The notes under the pieces were generated by a model, which did no database searches, was not told the origin of the DNA, and saw only the letters and a list, made by a program, of their open reading frames with translations. DNA of 64,000 bases from Longimicrobiales bacterium (lineage in GTDB: Bacteria; Gemmatimonadota; Gemmatimonadetes; Longimicrobiales; Gaopeijiaceae). The DNA lies in the NCBI GenBank assembly GCA_965202805.1, contig OZ241869.1:3904001-3968000 (forward strand), written 5' to 3'. Below are positions 10,422 through 18,857 of the stretch, piece after piece. How positions within the stretch are numbered: the first letter of the stretch is position 1; every line of letters starts with the position of its first letter. Position numbers and translations under genes: made by a program.

Positions 10422-11840
10422 ATGATGACGCAAACGAACCGCGCCGCCCGCCGTTTCGCTCCCCGGGCGTTCGGCCGGGGCAGGCATCCGGCCCTCGTGG
10501 CCCTTCCGCTCGTCCTCGGGCTTGCCTGGGGCACACCGGCCGCCGCACAGAACTCCGGCGATGGCGCGGGCGACCGGGCGACGGCCGCTTCTCCACTGGC
10601 CGGCGATGACGCCCCCACCTGGTCGCGCGACGTCGCGCCCATCATCCAGCGCTCCTGCCAGCAGTGCCACCGGCCGGAAGGCATAGGCCCCATGCCGCTC
10701 CTCACCTACGCGCAGACGGTGCCCTTCGCGCCGCTCATCCGCTACCGCGTACAGCAGCGCATCATGCCGCCCTGGCATCTGGACAGGACGGTGGGCATCC
10801 AGGAGTACGCGAACGACATTTCGCTCAGCGACGACGAGATCGCCACCATCGTGCAATGGGCCGACGCAGGCGCGCCGGAGGGCGACCCGGTCGACATGCC
10901 GCCGCCCATCGACTTCCCGCCCGCGTACGAGTGGGAACTCGAGGCCGAGCTCGGTCCGCCCGACTTCGTGGTGCGTTCGAAGCCCTTCACGGTCGTGGCC
11001 AACGGTCAGGACCAGTGGTGGGACCACTCGGTGGAGTTCGAGGGGCTCGACGAGCGCCGCTGGATCAGGGCGGCCGAGTTCAAGCCCTCGTATCCGCTCG
11101 GCGTGAAGGTGGTGCACCACGGGCACGTGCGCTTCGTGCAGGACGGCTATCGGATGGAACTGGTCGGCATGGGCGTCGGCAAGCGCTGGGACAGGCTGCC
11201 CGACGGCGTGGGCAAGCTCCTGCTCCCCGGCCCGGCCCGGATTTCGTGGGGGCTCCACTATTTCCCGATCGGCACCCCGGTGCCGGACGACGTGGTGGAG
11301 GCCGGCGTCTGGCTCTATCCACCGGGCTACGAGCCCGAGCTGTCGTCCTCCGGCGAACAGCGGCACCTCATCGACGGCACCTTCAGGACGGGCCCGCGCG
11401 CCCGCGACCTGATCATTCCGCCGCACGGCTTCCTCACCCTGGAGCACGCCTACGTGCTCGAGCAGCCTGCGCTCCTCCAGAGCTTCCGGCCCCACATGCA
11501 CATGCGCGGAACGGCCATGTCCATGGAAGCCATCTATCCCGATGGCCGCCGCGAGATGCTCAGCCGCGTGAACCAGTACAACCACAACTGGCAGATCGCC
11601 TACATCTACAAAGACGATGTACAGCCGCTGCTGCCGAAGGGCACCGTGCTCCTCTTCCACTCGCAGTTCGACAACTCCGCCAACAACCCGATCAACCCGG
11701 ATCCGGACCAGTGGGTGCTGTTCGGTGCGCGCGGGGTGGACGAGATGTCGCACGCCTGGGTGGGGGTCACGTACCTGACCGAGGAGGACTATCAGCGGCT
11801 GCTGCGCGAACGGACCCGGCTGGCGTCCGATGATCCGTGA
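10422..11840 (+). CDS. Cytochrome c fused to a copper type II (PHM/DBM-like) monooxygenase, secreted
   Basis: Signal ending AAA-Q; CQQCH with MPPW; VVHH and LHY (CuH site); PHMHMRG and DEM (CuM site). Confidence 0.75.
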   Translation: MMTQTNRAARRFAPRAFGRGRHPALVALPLVLGLAWGTPAAAQNSGDGAGDRATAASPLAGDDAPTWSRDVAPIIQRSCQQCHRPEGIGPMPLLTYAQTVPFAPLIRYRVQQRIMPPWHLDRTVGIQEYANDISLSDDEIATIVQWADAGAPEGDPVDMPPPIDFPPAYEWELEAELGPPDFVVRSKPFTVVANGQDQWWDHSVEFEGLDERRWIRAAEFKPSYPLGVKVVHHGHVRFVQDGYRMELVGMGVGKRWDRLPDGVGKLLLPGPARISWGLHYFPIGTPVPDDVVEAGVWLYPPGYEPELSSSGEQRHLIDGTFRTGPRARDLIIPPHGFLTLEHAYVLEQPALLQSFRPHMHMRGTAMSMEAIYPDGRREMLSRVNQYNHNWQIAYIYKDDVQPLLPKGTVLLFHSQFDNSANNPINPDPDQWVLFGARGVDEMSHAWVGVTYLTEEDYQRLLRERTRLASDDP

Positions 11841-11913
11841 CGGCGGCGCTGACTGCATCGCTGCGCGGATCCACCCTCGGCAACCAAACCCGATGACCCA
11901 GCGAGGAGGCGGG

Positions 11914-12852
11914 ATGACACCCAGGCCCGAAACAAGTCGCCGCGACTTCCTCACTCGCCTCGCCGGCCTCGGCGCAGTGCTCTCCCTCCCGCGCGGCCTG
12001 CTCGAAGGGAGAGGGTGGATCCAGGAAGCCTTCCCCACCCGCGAAATCCCCGGCACCGGCGAGCGCCTGCCCATCGTCGGCTTCGGCTCCTCGAAACCGG
12101 TGCTCGAGATCCCCACCGAGGGGACCGATCCGCTGGAGGCGGTGCTCGGCACCCTCCTCGACCAGGGCGGCCGGGTGGTCGACACCTCGCCCCGAACCGT
12201 GGAGATCGACCGCGAGTTCGGCCAGGTTCTCACCCGGCCCCGGTTCCGGGACAGCCTCTTCCTCGCCGCCAAGATCAACACCGAGGGGGAGGAGGCCGGC
12301 GTCGCCCAGATGCGGCAGTCGCAGCGGCTCTTCGGGCGCCCGACGCTGGACCTGCTGCAGGTCGAGAGCCTGCGCGACCTCGACGTCCACTGGCCCAACG
12401 TGCGCGCCTGGAAGGACAGCGGCGAGGCGCGCTACATCGGCGTGACGGTCTCGGCGTACCGCAACTTCGAGCGGCTGGAGGCTTTCATGCGCAGCGAGCC
12501 GTTCGACTTCGTGCACGTGAACTACTCGGTCATGGAGCCGCTCGCGGAGGAGAGGATACTGCCGCTGGCACAGGATCTGGGGCTGGCCGTGCTCACCAAC
12601 CGCCCCTTCATGAACGGCAGCTACTTCGGGCGGGTCGCCCCCCATACACTGCCGGAATGGGCGGCGGAGTTCGACTGCGAGAGCTGGGCCCAGTTCTCGC
12701 TCAAGTACGTGCTGTCGCACCCGGCGGTGACCTGCGCGCTCACCGAGACCTCGAACCCGGTGCACCTGGTGGAGAACATGCACTCGGCGCTCGGACGCTT
12801 CCCGGACGAGGCGACCAGGCGCCGCATGCGGGAGCTGGTGAGTACGTTCTGA
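11914..12852 (+). CDS. Aldo/keto reductase family protein with twin-arginine signal
   Basis: GAGGAGG RBS; SRRDFL; IPGTGERLPIVGFG; RYIGVT; NRPF; WAQFSLKYVLSHPAVTC. Confidence 0.85.
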   Translation: MTPRPETSRRDFLTRLAGLGAVLSLPRGLLEGRGWIQEAFPTREIPGTGERLPIVGFGSSKPVLEIPTEGTDPLEAVLGTLLDQGGRVVDTSPRTVEIDREFGQVLTRPRFRDSLFLAAKINTEGEEAGVAQMRQSQRLFGRPTLDLLQVESLRDLDVHWPNVRAWKDSGEARYIGVTVSAYRNFERLEAFMRSEPFDFVHVNYSVMEPLAEERILPLAQDLGLAVLTNRPFMNGSYFGRVAPHTLPEWAAEFDCESWAQFSLKYVLSHPAVTCALTETSNPVHLVENMHSALGRFPDEATRRRMRELVSTF

Positions 12853-12937
12853 GGTCGCCCGCCTGCTCCGGTGCCGGACTGGCGCCGCCGGCCATCGTGC
12901 GGCCGACGCCCGATCGGCGGACCGGGACTATTGCCGG

Positions 12938-13468
12938 CTATCGTGCGACCGCGAAGCCCAGCACCTCGAAGCGCGCCCCGAAGAGCAGCGGGCCCGACCC
13001 CAGGAACGCCCGCGCCGGATACTCCTGGGTGAAGAAGGTGCGGTAGACCTCGTTGAAGGCGTCGTAGTCCGCGACATCCGAGGCGTACACCTGCACCGAC
13101 ACCAGGTCGTCCATGGTGAGCCCTGCGGCCTCCAGCGTGTTCTGCACGTTGGTGAGGACGTTGCGGGCCTCCTCCTGGGCGGTCTCGGGCACGGTCTGGT
13201 CAGGTCCGAGCCCCAGCGTCCCCGAGACGTGGAAGGTGTTGCCCACCATCACGCCGGCGCTGAAGGGCGGCACGTCCGGATCGGCCGCCGAGCGCGGGTT
13301 GACGTAGCTCCGCTCCCGCAGCAGCCCGTCGGCGTTCAAGTCCAGCGACACGTCGCCGGCGCAGGCGGGAAGCGTGGCAAGGACGATGAAAACGAAGGAT
13401 GCGCGGAAAACGGAGGATGGGCGCAAAACGGGGCATGCGCGGAAACGGCGGAATGCGCGAACGCTCAT
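12938..13468 (-). CDS. RidA/YjgF/UK114 family protein with lipoprotein signal
   Basis: PFSAGV, VSGTLG, FNEVYRTFF..YPAR, FEV; lipobox LPAC; alternative starts 13474/13492/13498 created by a duplication. Confidence 0.85.
   Translation of the reverse strand: MSVRAFRRFRACPVLRPSSVFRASFVFIVLATLPACAGDVSLDLNADGLLRERSYVNPRSAADPDVPPFSAGVMVGNTFHVSGTLGLGPDQTVPETAQEEARNVLTNVQNTLEAAGLTMDDLVSVQVYASDVADYDAFNEVYRTFFTQEYPARAFLGSGPLLFGARFEVLGFAVAR
13389..13459. repeat. Imperfect 18-bp tandem repeat x4 in the RidA signal n-region
   Basis: aaaacgaaggatgcgcgg / aaaacggaggatgggcgc / aaaacggggcatgcgcgg / aaacggcggaatgcgcg. Confidence 0.7.
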
Positions 13469-13511
13469 GGTCATTGTCCTCTGGAATCTCATGGTCATTG
13501 TCCTCTGGAGT
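13464..13511. repeat. 24-bp tandem duplication covering the stop/RBS/start junction
   Basis: ctcatggtcattgtcctctggaat followed by ctcatggtcattgtcctctggagt. Confidence 0.9.
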
Positions 13512-14577
13512 CTCCTCCGATGAGTCGCTGGAACTCCGCGTTGCCGCGGATGTTGTCGAAATCGGCCTGCGATGCGGCCAGTCCGCGCCAGCGCGCGTCA
13601 ATGGCGACGGCTTCTTCGAGCGTGGCGACCGCGCCCGCGGCATCGCCCGCGCGGGCGTACAGCCGCGCCAGCCCGTAGATGAGCTGATCCTCCCCGGGCA
13701 CGATCGCGATGGCTTCCTGCTGCGCCACGATGGCTTCGTCAAACCGGCCCTCGGCGGCCAACTCACGCGCGTCCCGCGAGTGGATGCGCGAAACCGACAT
13801 GTTGACCAGCCGGCGCAGCTCCCTGAAGGGCTCGGCGTGGTCGTCCACGCGCACGTCCACCCAGCGGTCGGTGGTGCGGCCCGAGTCGCCGATGGGCTTC
13901 ACCACCAGCACCCCGCCGGCCTGCTTGCCGCGTGCGTCGCCCCCGGCGGCTTCGCCGGCATCGAGGGCGTCCATCAGCCGAAGCGCGAGCGGCCCGGTGG
14001 CCGACTCGAACGCCTCCGCCATGGCCTGCACGACCGCCTCCCCGGCGAGGATGTTGCCCTGCGCCGAGAAGTTCTCGCCCTCGATGTGCCCCGCCCAGGC
14101 GCTGGTGCCGGATCCGGTGTAGGCCCGCACCCGGCCCCGCGCGTCGATCACGGCCAGCTGGCGGCGGTCGCGCCCGGGGTCCGCCCCGGTCAGGTGTGCC
14201 ACCACCTCGTCCGGCGAGAGGCCCAGTTCCAGCAGCTCCAGCCCGCGCGGCCCGTAGGTCTGGTTGGCCGCCGCCTGGGTCGCGATCGCCCCGACTCCCG
14301 CCTTGGCGTACGACACGATCGCGCCTGCGCGGAACGCCCGCGACTGCACCGCGATCCCCAGCTCATCGGTGGCGGGGTCGCGCGCCACGATCGAGAAGGT
14401 GGCGACGATTTCCTCTCCGAACTCATTGAAGATGGGCCCCTGAACGTCGGCGATCGAGCCCGCAGGGGCGACCGTGCCTGGAGTCTGCGCGTCGAGCTGT
14501 TGCGCGGGCGCGAGGGTGATCCCGAGGGCCAACACGGGAAAAAAGGTGGCCACTGCAATCGATGTTCGGCGAGTCAT
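13495..14577 (-). CDS. DUF1028 (Ntn-hydrolase-like) protein with C-terminal TPR-like helices, secreted
   Basis: Signal peptide; TFSIVARD, GAIATQA, QGNILAG, GGDARG, DVRVDDH; YGLARLYARAG TPR-like segment. Confidence 0.85.
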   Translation of the reverse strand: MTRRTSIAVATFFPVLALGITLAPAQQLDAQTPGTVAPAGSIADVQGPIFNEFGEEIVATFSIVARDPATDELGIAVQSRAFRAGAIVSYAKAGVGAIATQAAANQTYGPRGLELLELGLSPDEVVAHLTGADPGRDRRQLAVIDARGRVRAYTGSGTSAWAGHIEGENFSAQGNILAGEAVVQAMAEAFESATGPLALRLMDALDAGEAAGGDARGKQAGGVLVVKPIGDSGRTTDRWVDVRVDDHAEPFRELRRLVNMSVSRIHSRDARELAAEGRFDEAIVAQQEAIAIVPGEDQLIYGLARLYARAGDAAGAVATLEEAVAIDARWRGLAASQADFDNIRGNAEFQRLIGGDSRGQ

Positions 14578-14753
14578 GGCTTGCGCTCCGACAGATGGTT
14601 CCAGCCCGGGCAGGACATGATAGGCATCCCATTCAGCGCGAACAAATCCAGGTGCCGCCAGACCCTCGGGCGCGGGCTCTGACGCCGGATCGCGGCGAGT
14701 CGGAGAGCAGTGGAGATCGCGACGTGGAGGGACAGCGAAACCGTAGCCGACTC

Positions 14754-16019
14754 TCATCCCGCATCCGGAAACAGTCCTTCGTAGAGAAACGCGCCACGGA
14801 TACGGTCGCAGTCTCGCTCGCTCACGCGGGCTCGACGCATGGTCTCGCGCCAGGAGCCGCGAATCGTCTCCGTGACGCGATTGAAGATGGCCCGGGCTTC
14901 GTCGCGCCCCAGCAGGAAGCGCCCGGCGGCTGCCAGCAGGTTGGCCCGGTTGGCGTGCCGCCCGTGGGGACCGCAGACCATGGCCAGGTCACGCCGCTCG
15001 ACGGCAACCACCGGCATCGGCTCCAGGTCGTAGGCCGGGCTCAGGCGCCAGCTGCGGCCCCGCGCCAGCAGGGCATGGTTGCGCGGGTGGTCGTCCAGGT
15101 TGGAGACCGCGGCGTTGAAGCACATGCGGCCGAACAGCTCGCGCAGGTCTTCGCGGGGAGATGCGCTTGCCCGCCTGACCTCATCGGCGAGCGAGAGGTA
15201 GGACCATCGCCTGCGGTCGGTGGGTGAGTCATCGGCGCGCAGGAGGGTGAGCGCGCTCGCCATGCGGTGGCGCACGTAGCCGTCGCCCGTCCACTCGCGG
15301 TCGAAACGGCGCACCAGCAACGCATCGCGGTCACCGATGCGTTCGACCCGGCTCCGGGCCGCTTCGAGCCCGCATCGCCGCGCGAGCCGGAGCAGGCCGT
15401 GCTCCACGCGGGGCAGGTTCCAGCGGTCGCTCTCCTGGCGGAACTTCGCGATCCAGAGCGCATCGCCGTCCTCGACCAGGGCCTTGGGCCGGGCGCCGCC
15501 CATCGAGGTGCCTGCGAGAAGAAGTTCGCGGGCGCGGTCGGCAACGGCGCCGGTGACCTCGAACCTGTCCGCGAGCACGGCGTCCGCAGCCGCCTGAAGC
15601 CGGGAGAGGTCGACCACCGAATTGAATCGCCGCCGGGGTCTCGGAGGCTCCAGCTGCCAGCCGAACCCGAGTGCGCCCGCGCGGTCGTCCGGCCCCAGCA
15701 TGAGGTAGTCGAACTCCTCCGGCATCGTGCTGCCGGAGCGCCTCTCGATGAGCAGGCGTCCCCAGTAGTCCGGCATGGCATCGCGGATGACGCCGAAAAA
15801 GCCCCCCATGCGCCCGGTCCGGTACACGCGCTCGGCGAGCCGCAGCTCCACGGGATCGAGTTCGACGGCGTCGGGGCGACCGAGGTAGCTCCGCCCGTAG
15901 ACGAATTCACCCAGCGGAGATCCCGCGCGGGTTGGCGAGACGCGGAATCTGCCCGCGACCGTGAACTCCGTCGCCCCGGGAAGGACGACGAAGACGTAGC
16001 ACGCGCGCTCAGAAGTCAT
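14754..16019 (-). CDS. hipA: HipA-family toxin (Ser/Thr kinase-like)
   Basis: DAMPDYWG, DRAGALGF, GTSMGGARPKA P-loop, WIAKF, RRFDR, NLDDHPRNH, LSPAYDL. Confidence 0.9.
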   Translation of the reverse strand: MTSERACYVFVVLPGATEFTVAGRFRVSPTRAGSPLGEFVYGRSYLGRPDAVELDPVELRLAERVYRTGRMGGFFGVIRDAMPDYWGRLLIERRSGSTMPEEFDYLMLGPDDRAGALGFGWQLEPPRPRRRFNSVVDLSRLQAAADAVLADRFEVTGAVADRARELLLAGTSMGGARPKALVEDGDALWIAKFRQESDRWNLPRVEHGLLRLARRCGLEAARSRVERIGDRDALLVRRFDREWTGDGYVRHRMASALTLLRADDSPTDRRRWSYLSLADEVRRASASPREDLRELFGRMCFNAAVSNLDDHPRNHALLARGRSWRLSPAYDLEPMPVVAVERRDLAMVCGPHGRHANRANLLAAAGRFLLGRDEARAIFNRVTETIRGSWRETMRRARVSERDCDRIRGAFLYEGLFPDAG

Positions 16020-16350
16020 TGTCGAGGCGCCGGAGGCGGGCGGCGCGGCGTGGCGCCCGCGCGCTCTCCAGCACCCGGCCTTCCTCGTCCCGATCCGGAT
16101 CGGCGAGTTCGTCCGCCTGGTCGAGCAGGCCGAGAGCCCAGAGTGCGCCGAAGTACGCGGCGGCCGAAGTGCCCGGCTTGCCCCTCTCCAGATCCGCGAC
16201 CGTGAACCTTGAGACGCCGATGCGCTCGGCCAGGTCCTGGATCCTCAACTGACGGCGAAGGCGGGCGATGCGGATGTTGCGGCCCAGTCGCCTCAGGGCC
16301 TCCTCGACCGCGGCGGATGGGGACGATGTGGTCCCGCGTCGGACAGGCAT
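16009..16350 (-). CDS. hipB: XRE-family HTH antitoxin (HipB-like)
   Basis: LGRNIRIARLRR...LAERIGVSRFTVADLERG; overlaps the hipA start. Confidence 0.85.
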   Translation of the reverse strand: MPVRRGTTSSPSAAVEEALRRLGRNIRIARLRRQLRIQDLAERIGVSRFTVADLERGKPGTSAAAYFGALWALGLLDQADELADPDRDEEGRVLESARAPRRAARLRRLDNDF

Positions 16351-16373
16351 GTGGACTGCATCCTGCTCAAAGA

Positions 16374-16399
16374 TCAACAATGTTGAATAAATACAACAT
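16374..16399. promoter_or_regulatory. Overlapping palindromes upstream of hipBA (candidate autoregulatory operator)
   Basis: TCAACA-A-TGTTGA (16374-16386) and ATGTTG-N8-CAACAT (16380-16399) in an AT-rich patch. Confidence 0.5.
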
Positions 16400-16445
16400 C
16401 CATGATCGACGGCAGCCCGTCAAGCGCCATCACACCCTGCAGAGA

Positions 16446-16530
16446 GGCCCGCGACCCATGGTGGCCCGCGGCCTATGGCGGCCCGCTACTCCTGGTGGCC
16501 CGCTACCCTCGGCGGCCCGCTACTCCTAGT
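16446..16530. repeat. 17-bp tandem repeat x5
   Basis: ggcccgcgacccatggt / ggcccgcggcctatggc / ggcccgctactcctggt / ggcccgctaccctcggc / ggcccgctactcctagt. Confidence 0.9.
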
Positions 16531-17668
16531 GGTCCAGAACCAGCGGCCTCCCCACCAGCTTGCCCGGGTCCGCGTCCGGCCTGGGGATGTACTTGTCCAT
16601 CCAGCCCCCGTCCCAGCTCGCGATGTAGAGGTTGCCCTCCTGATCGACGTCCATCTGGTGCGGCCGCGACAGGCCGCCGGGGAAGCCGCCCCGGGTGCCC
16701 CCGTAGGCGCCGAGGTAGTACTGGAGTTCGCCGTCCACGTTGTACTTGAGGATGCGGTTCAGTGCCGCCGAGATGACCCAGATGGCGTCGTGCTCGTCCG
16801 CGAACACGCCCACCGGGTCGGTGATGTCGGGCCACTCCTCGATGAACTCGCCGTCCTCGGTGAAGATCTGGATGCGGTTGTTGGTGCGGTCGCCCACGTA
16901 GACGCGGCGGTTGCGGTCCACCGCGAGCCCGTGAATCAGGTCGAACTGCCCCGGCCCGGTCCCCAGCTCGCCCCACTCCATCAGGTACTCGCCCGCGGCG
17001 TTGTACTTGATGATGCGCGAGTGCCAGTAGCCGTCGCCGAGCAGGAAGTCGCCGTTGGGGAGGAAGGCCATCACCGACGGGTCGCCGTACTCGAACGGGT
17101 CCGGGTGCGGGTTGGCGCGCGCCTCCTCCCGCGTGCGGGGATGATCCGGGTCCACCAGCCGCATCACGAGTTCGCTGCCGTCGTTGGAGAACTTCAGCAA
17201 CTGCATGTTGACGCCCCTCCCGCCCCCGCGCTCCACGACCCACACGTGGCGTTCGGGGTCGTACGGGCTGATGTAGACCTGGTGCGGCTTGTTGAAGATC
17301 GAGTCCCACTGCGTCCAGTTCTCGGTGATGTTGCCGTCCCGGTCCACGGCGACCATGTAGTTGGTGCTGCCCTCGCGCTCGTTCCCCTGGGCGTCGCGGT
17401 CCCCCCAGATGCCGACGATGACCCGATCGGGGTTGTCGACCGCCACCCCCGAGACCTGACCCCAGACCCACGGCTCCACATGGTCCGGCGCCGGCTTCCA
17501 CCAGCCCGGGACCGCGTCGTATTCGCCCGTCCGGTCATCGCCTCCCTTCATCACCGGCCCCGACATCCCCGACTCCATCCCGGCGTCCGGGCTCTCGCCG
17601 GCGCAGGCGGGCAGCAGGGCCAGCCCGAAAGCCACGAACAGGGTCAAACCCGTGCGCTCGATCTTCAT
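16526..17668 (-). CDS. NHL-repeat lipoprotein, peptidyl-alpha-hydroxyglycine alpha-amidating lyase (PAL)-like
   Basis: Lipobox LPAC; GQVSGVAVD, KPHQV, GDGYWHSRIIK, FDLIHGLA, GDRTNNRIQIF, RPHQM. Confidence 0.8.
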   Translation of the reverse strand: MKIERTGLTLFVAFGLALLPACAGESPDAGMESGMSGPVMKGGDDRTGEYDAVPGWWKPAPDHVEPWVWGQVSGVAVDNPDRVIVGIWGDRDAQGNEREGSTNYMVAVDRDGNITENWTQWDSIFNKPHQVYISPYDPERHVWVVERGGGRGVNMQLLKFSNDGSELVMRLVDPDHPRTREEARANPHPDPFEYGDPSVMAFLPNGDFLLGDGYWHSRIIKYNAAGEYLMEWGELGTGPGQFDLIHGLAVDRNRRVYVGDRTNNRIQIFTEDGEFIEEWPDITDPVGVFADEHDAIWVISAALNRILKYNVDGELQYYLGAYGGTRGGFPGGLSRPHQMDVDQEGNLYIASWDGGWMDKYIPRPDADPGKLVGRPLVLDH

Positions 17669-17699
17669 TGACGTCACCTCTCCGGAAGGGGTCCGACAG

Positions 17700-18671
17700 C
17701 TACTGCCCAGCCATCATCGCCTGGGCAACGAAGTCCACCGGCATGTTCCGGCGACCGGGCGAACCCGGCAGCACCGACCAGCCCCGGCCAGCGGAGAAGA
17801 GGCCGGAGGACCCGACGACATCGTCCCCTTGACGCTGGATGTGGGCGTCACGCGGACGCTGCGTGGGCGACAACAGGGGAGCGAGGGGTCGGTGCACGTA
17901 CGACACCTCCGAGATCCACCTTCGGAAACGGCGTCGTACCAGGGCCGGCTCGCGGGTCGCGGCCGAGAGCGTGCACCCAACCAGGCGTGCACTGTGCCGC
18001 TCAAGGGTGCGGCGGCGCACGCCGGCCCGGCTGGCGATGGCCTCCCATCGAGCCTCCGGACGCTCGCCGAGGGCCCACATGAGCAGAGCCCAGCTGAGGA
18101 GCTGCTTGGGACCGCACCGAAGGGGCATGTACTCCTTCCAGTAACGGCGGAAGGTCTCGGCTGGCAATTCGATGTCCTGCGCGAGATCTCCGACCGATTT
18201 CGCGGGCGGGCCGGATCGCCACTCGTCCGAGAGCCGGCAGATGCGCTCGACCGCCTTCACCATCGACCAGTGGAGCGCGCCGGCCCAGAGCATGCGACGG
18301 CCGAGAAGCCGCAGCGGGTCCTGATGCAGGAGGCTGACCCGGCCCAGCGTCGGCCTGAGGTGGTCGTGCGCCTCCTCCTCCCATACGACCTGGAACCGGT
18401 GGGACTCGGCCGTCCGCAACCGCTGCAGGCGCGCCAGCGACAGCGGCGTAACCACGATGCAGGAAGGCCTGGCGAGACCTTGGGCGAACACCTCTTTCAG
18501 CCAGGTGATATCGGAACGCGAACAGCGTCGCAGTCCGGCGATTCCGATGTCCGTCGCGGCGATGAGCGATCGAAACTCGTCGCGCTCCCGCGTGGAGTAC
18601 AGCTCCGCGTCGGCGAGCCACCCCTCGATCCGGTCGCGGAAATCACGTGTGTCACTGTACAACGCGATCAT
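17700..18671 (-). CDS. Putative transcriptional regulator (degenerate receiver-like N-terminus, AraC-like double HTH), paralog 1
   Basis: SVGDLAQDIELPAETFRRYW and WEAIASRAGVRRRTLER helices; full-length similarity to 20506-21345. Confidence 0.6.
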   Translation of the reverse strand: MIALYSDTRDFRDRIEGWLADAELYSTRERDEFRSLIAATDIGIAGLRRCSRSDITWLKEVFAQGLARPSCIVVTPLSLARLQRLRTAESHRFQVVWEEEAHDHLRPTLGRVSLLHQDPLRLLGRRMLWAGALHWSMVKAVERICRLSDEWRSGPPAKSVGDLAQDIELPAETFRRYWKEYMPLRCGPKQLLSWALLMWALGERPEARWEAIASRAGVRRRTLERHSARLVGCTLSAATREPALVRRRFRRWISEVSYVHRPLAPLLSPTQRPRDAHIQRQGDDVVGSSGLFSAGRGWSVLPGSPGRRNMPVDFVAQAMMAGQ

Positions 18672-18813
18672 GAGCGCACGAGGGTTCGAGGGCGGGTTGC
18701 GGACCGACGCATCGACAGGTGACGGTATCCCCCGCCGGAAACCATGTCAACTCGAAACGCCGTGCATAGCAAAGCACGGTTGCTGATGGACTTAGCGAGA
18801 ATGCCGGGGGCAG

Positions 18814-18834
18814 GGGGAGCCCCGGAGGCTCCCC
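18814..18834 (-). terminator. GC-rich hairpin after the LCAT-like gene
   Basis: GGGGAGCC-CCGGA-GGCTCCCC; no U-tract. Confidence 0.3.
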
Positions 18835-18857
18835 GGCCGGCCGACAACGGCTCGACC

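Noticed and set aside
10401..12398. 665-aa minus-strand ORF and the many other Arg/Pro/Gly-rich overlapping ORFs
   Set aside because: Alternative-frame or antisense shadows of well-supported genes.
16446..16530. Possible mini-CRISPR array
   Set aside because: 17-bp period with no unique spacers of CRISPR length and no cas genes; it is a tandem repeat.
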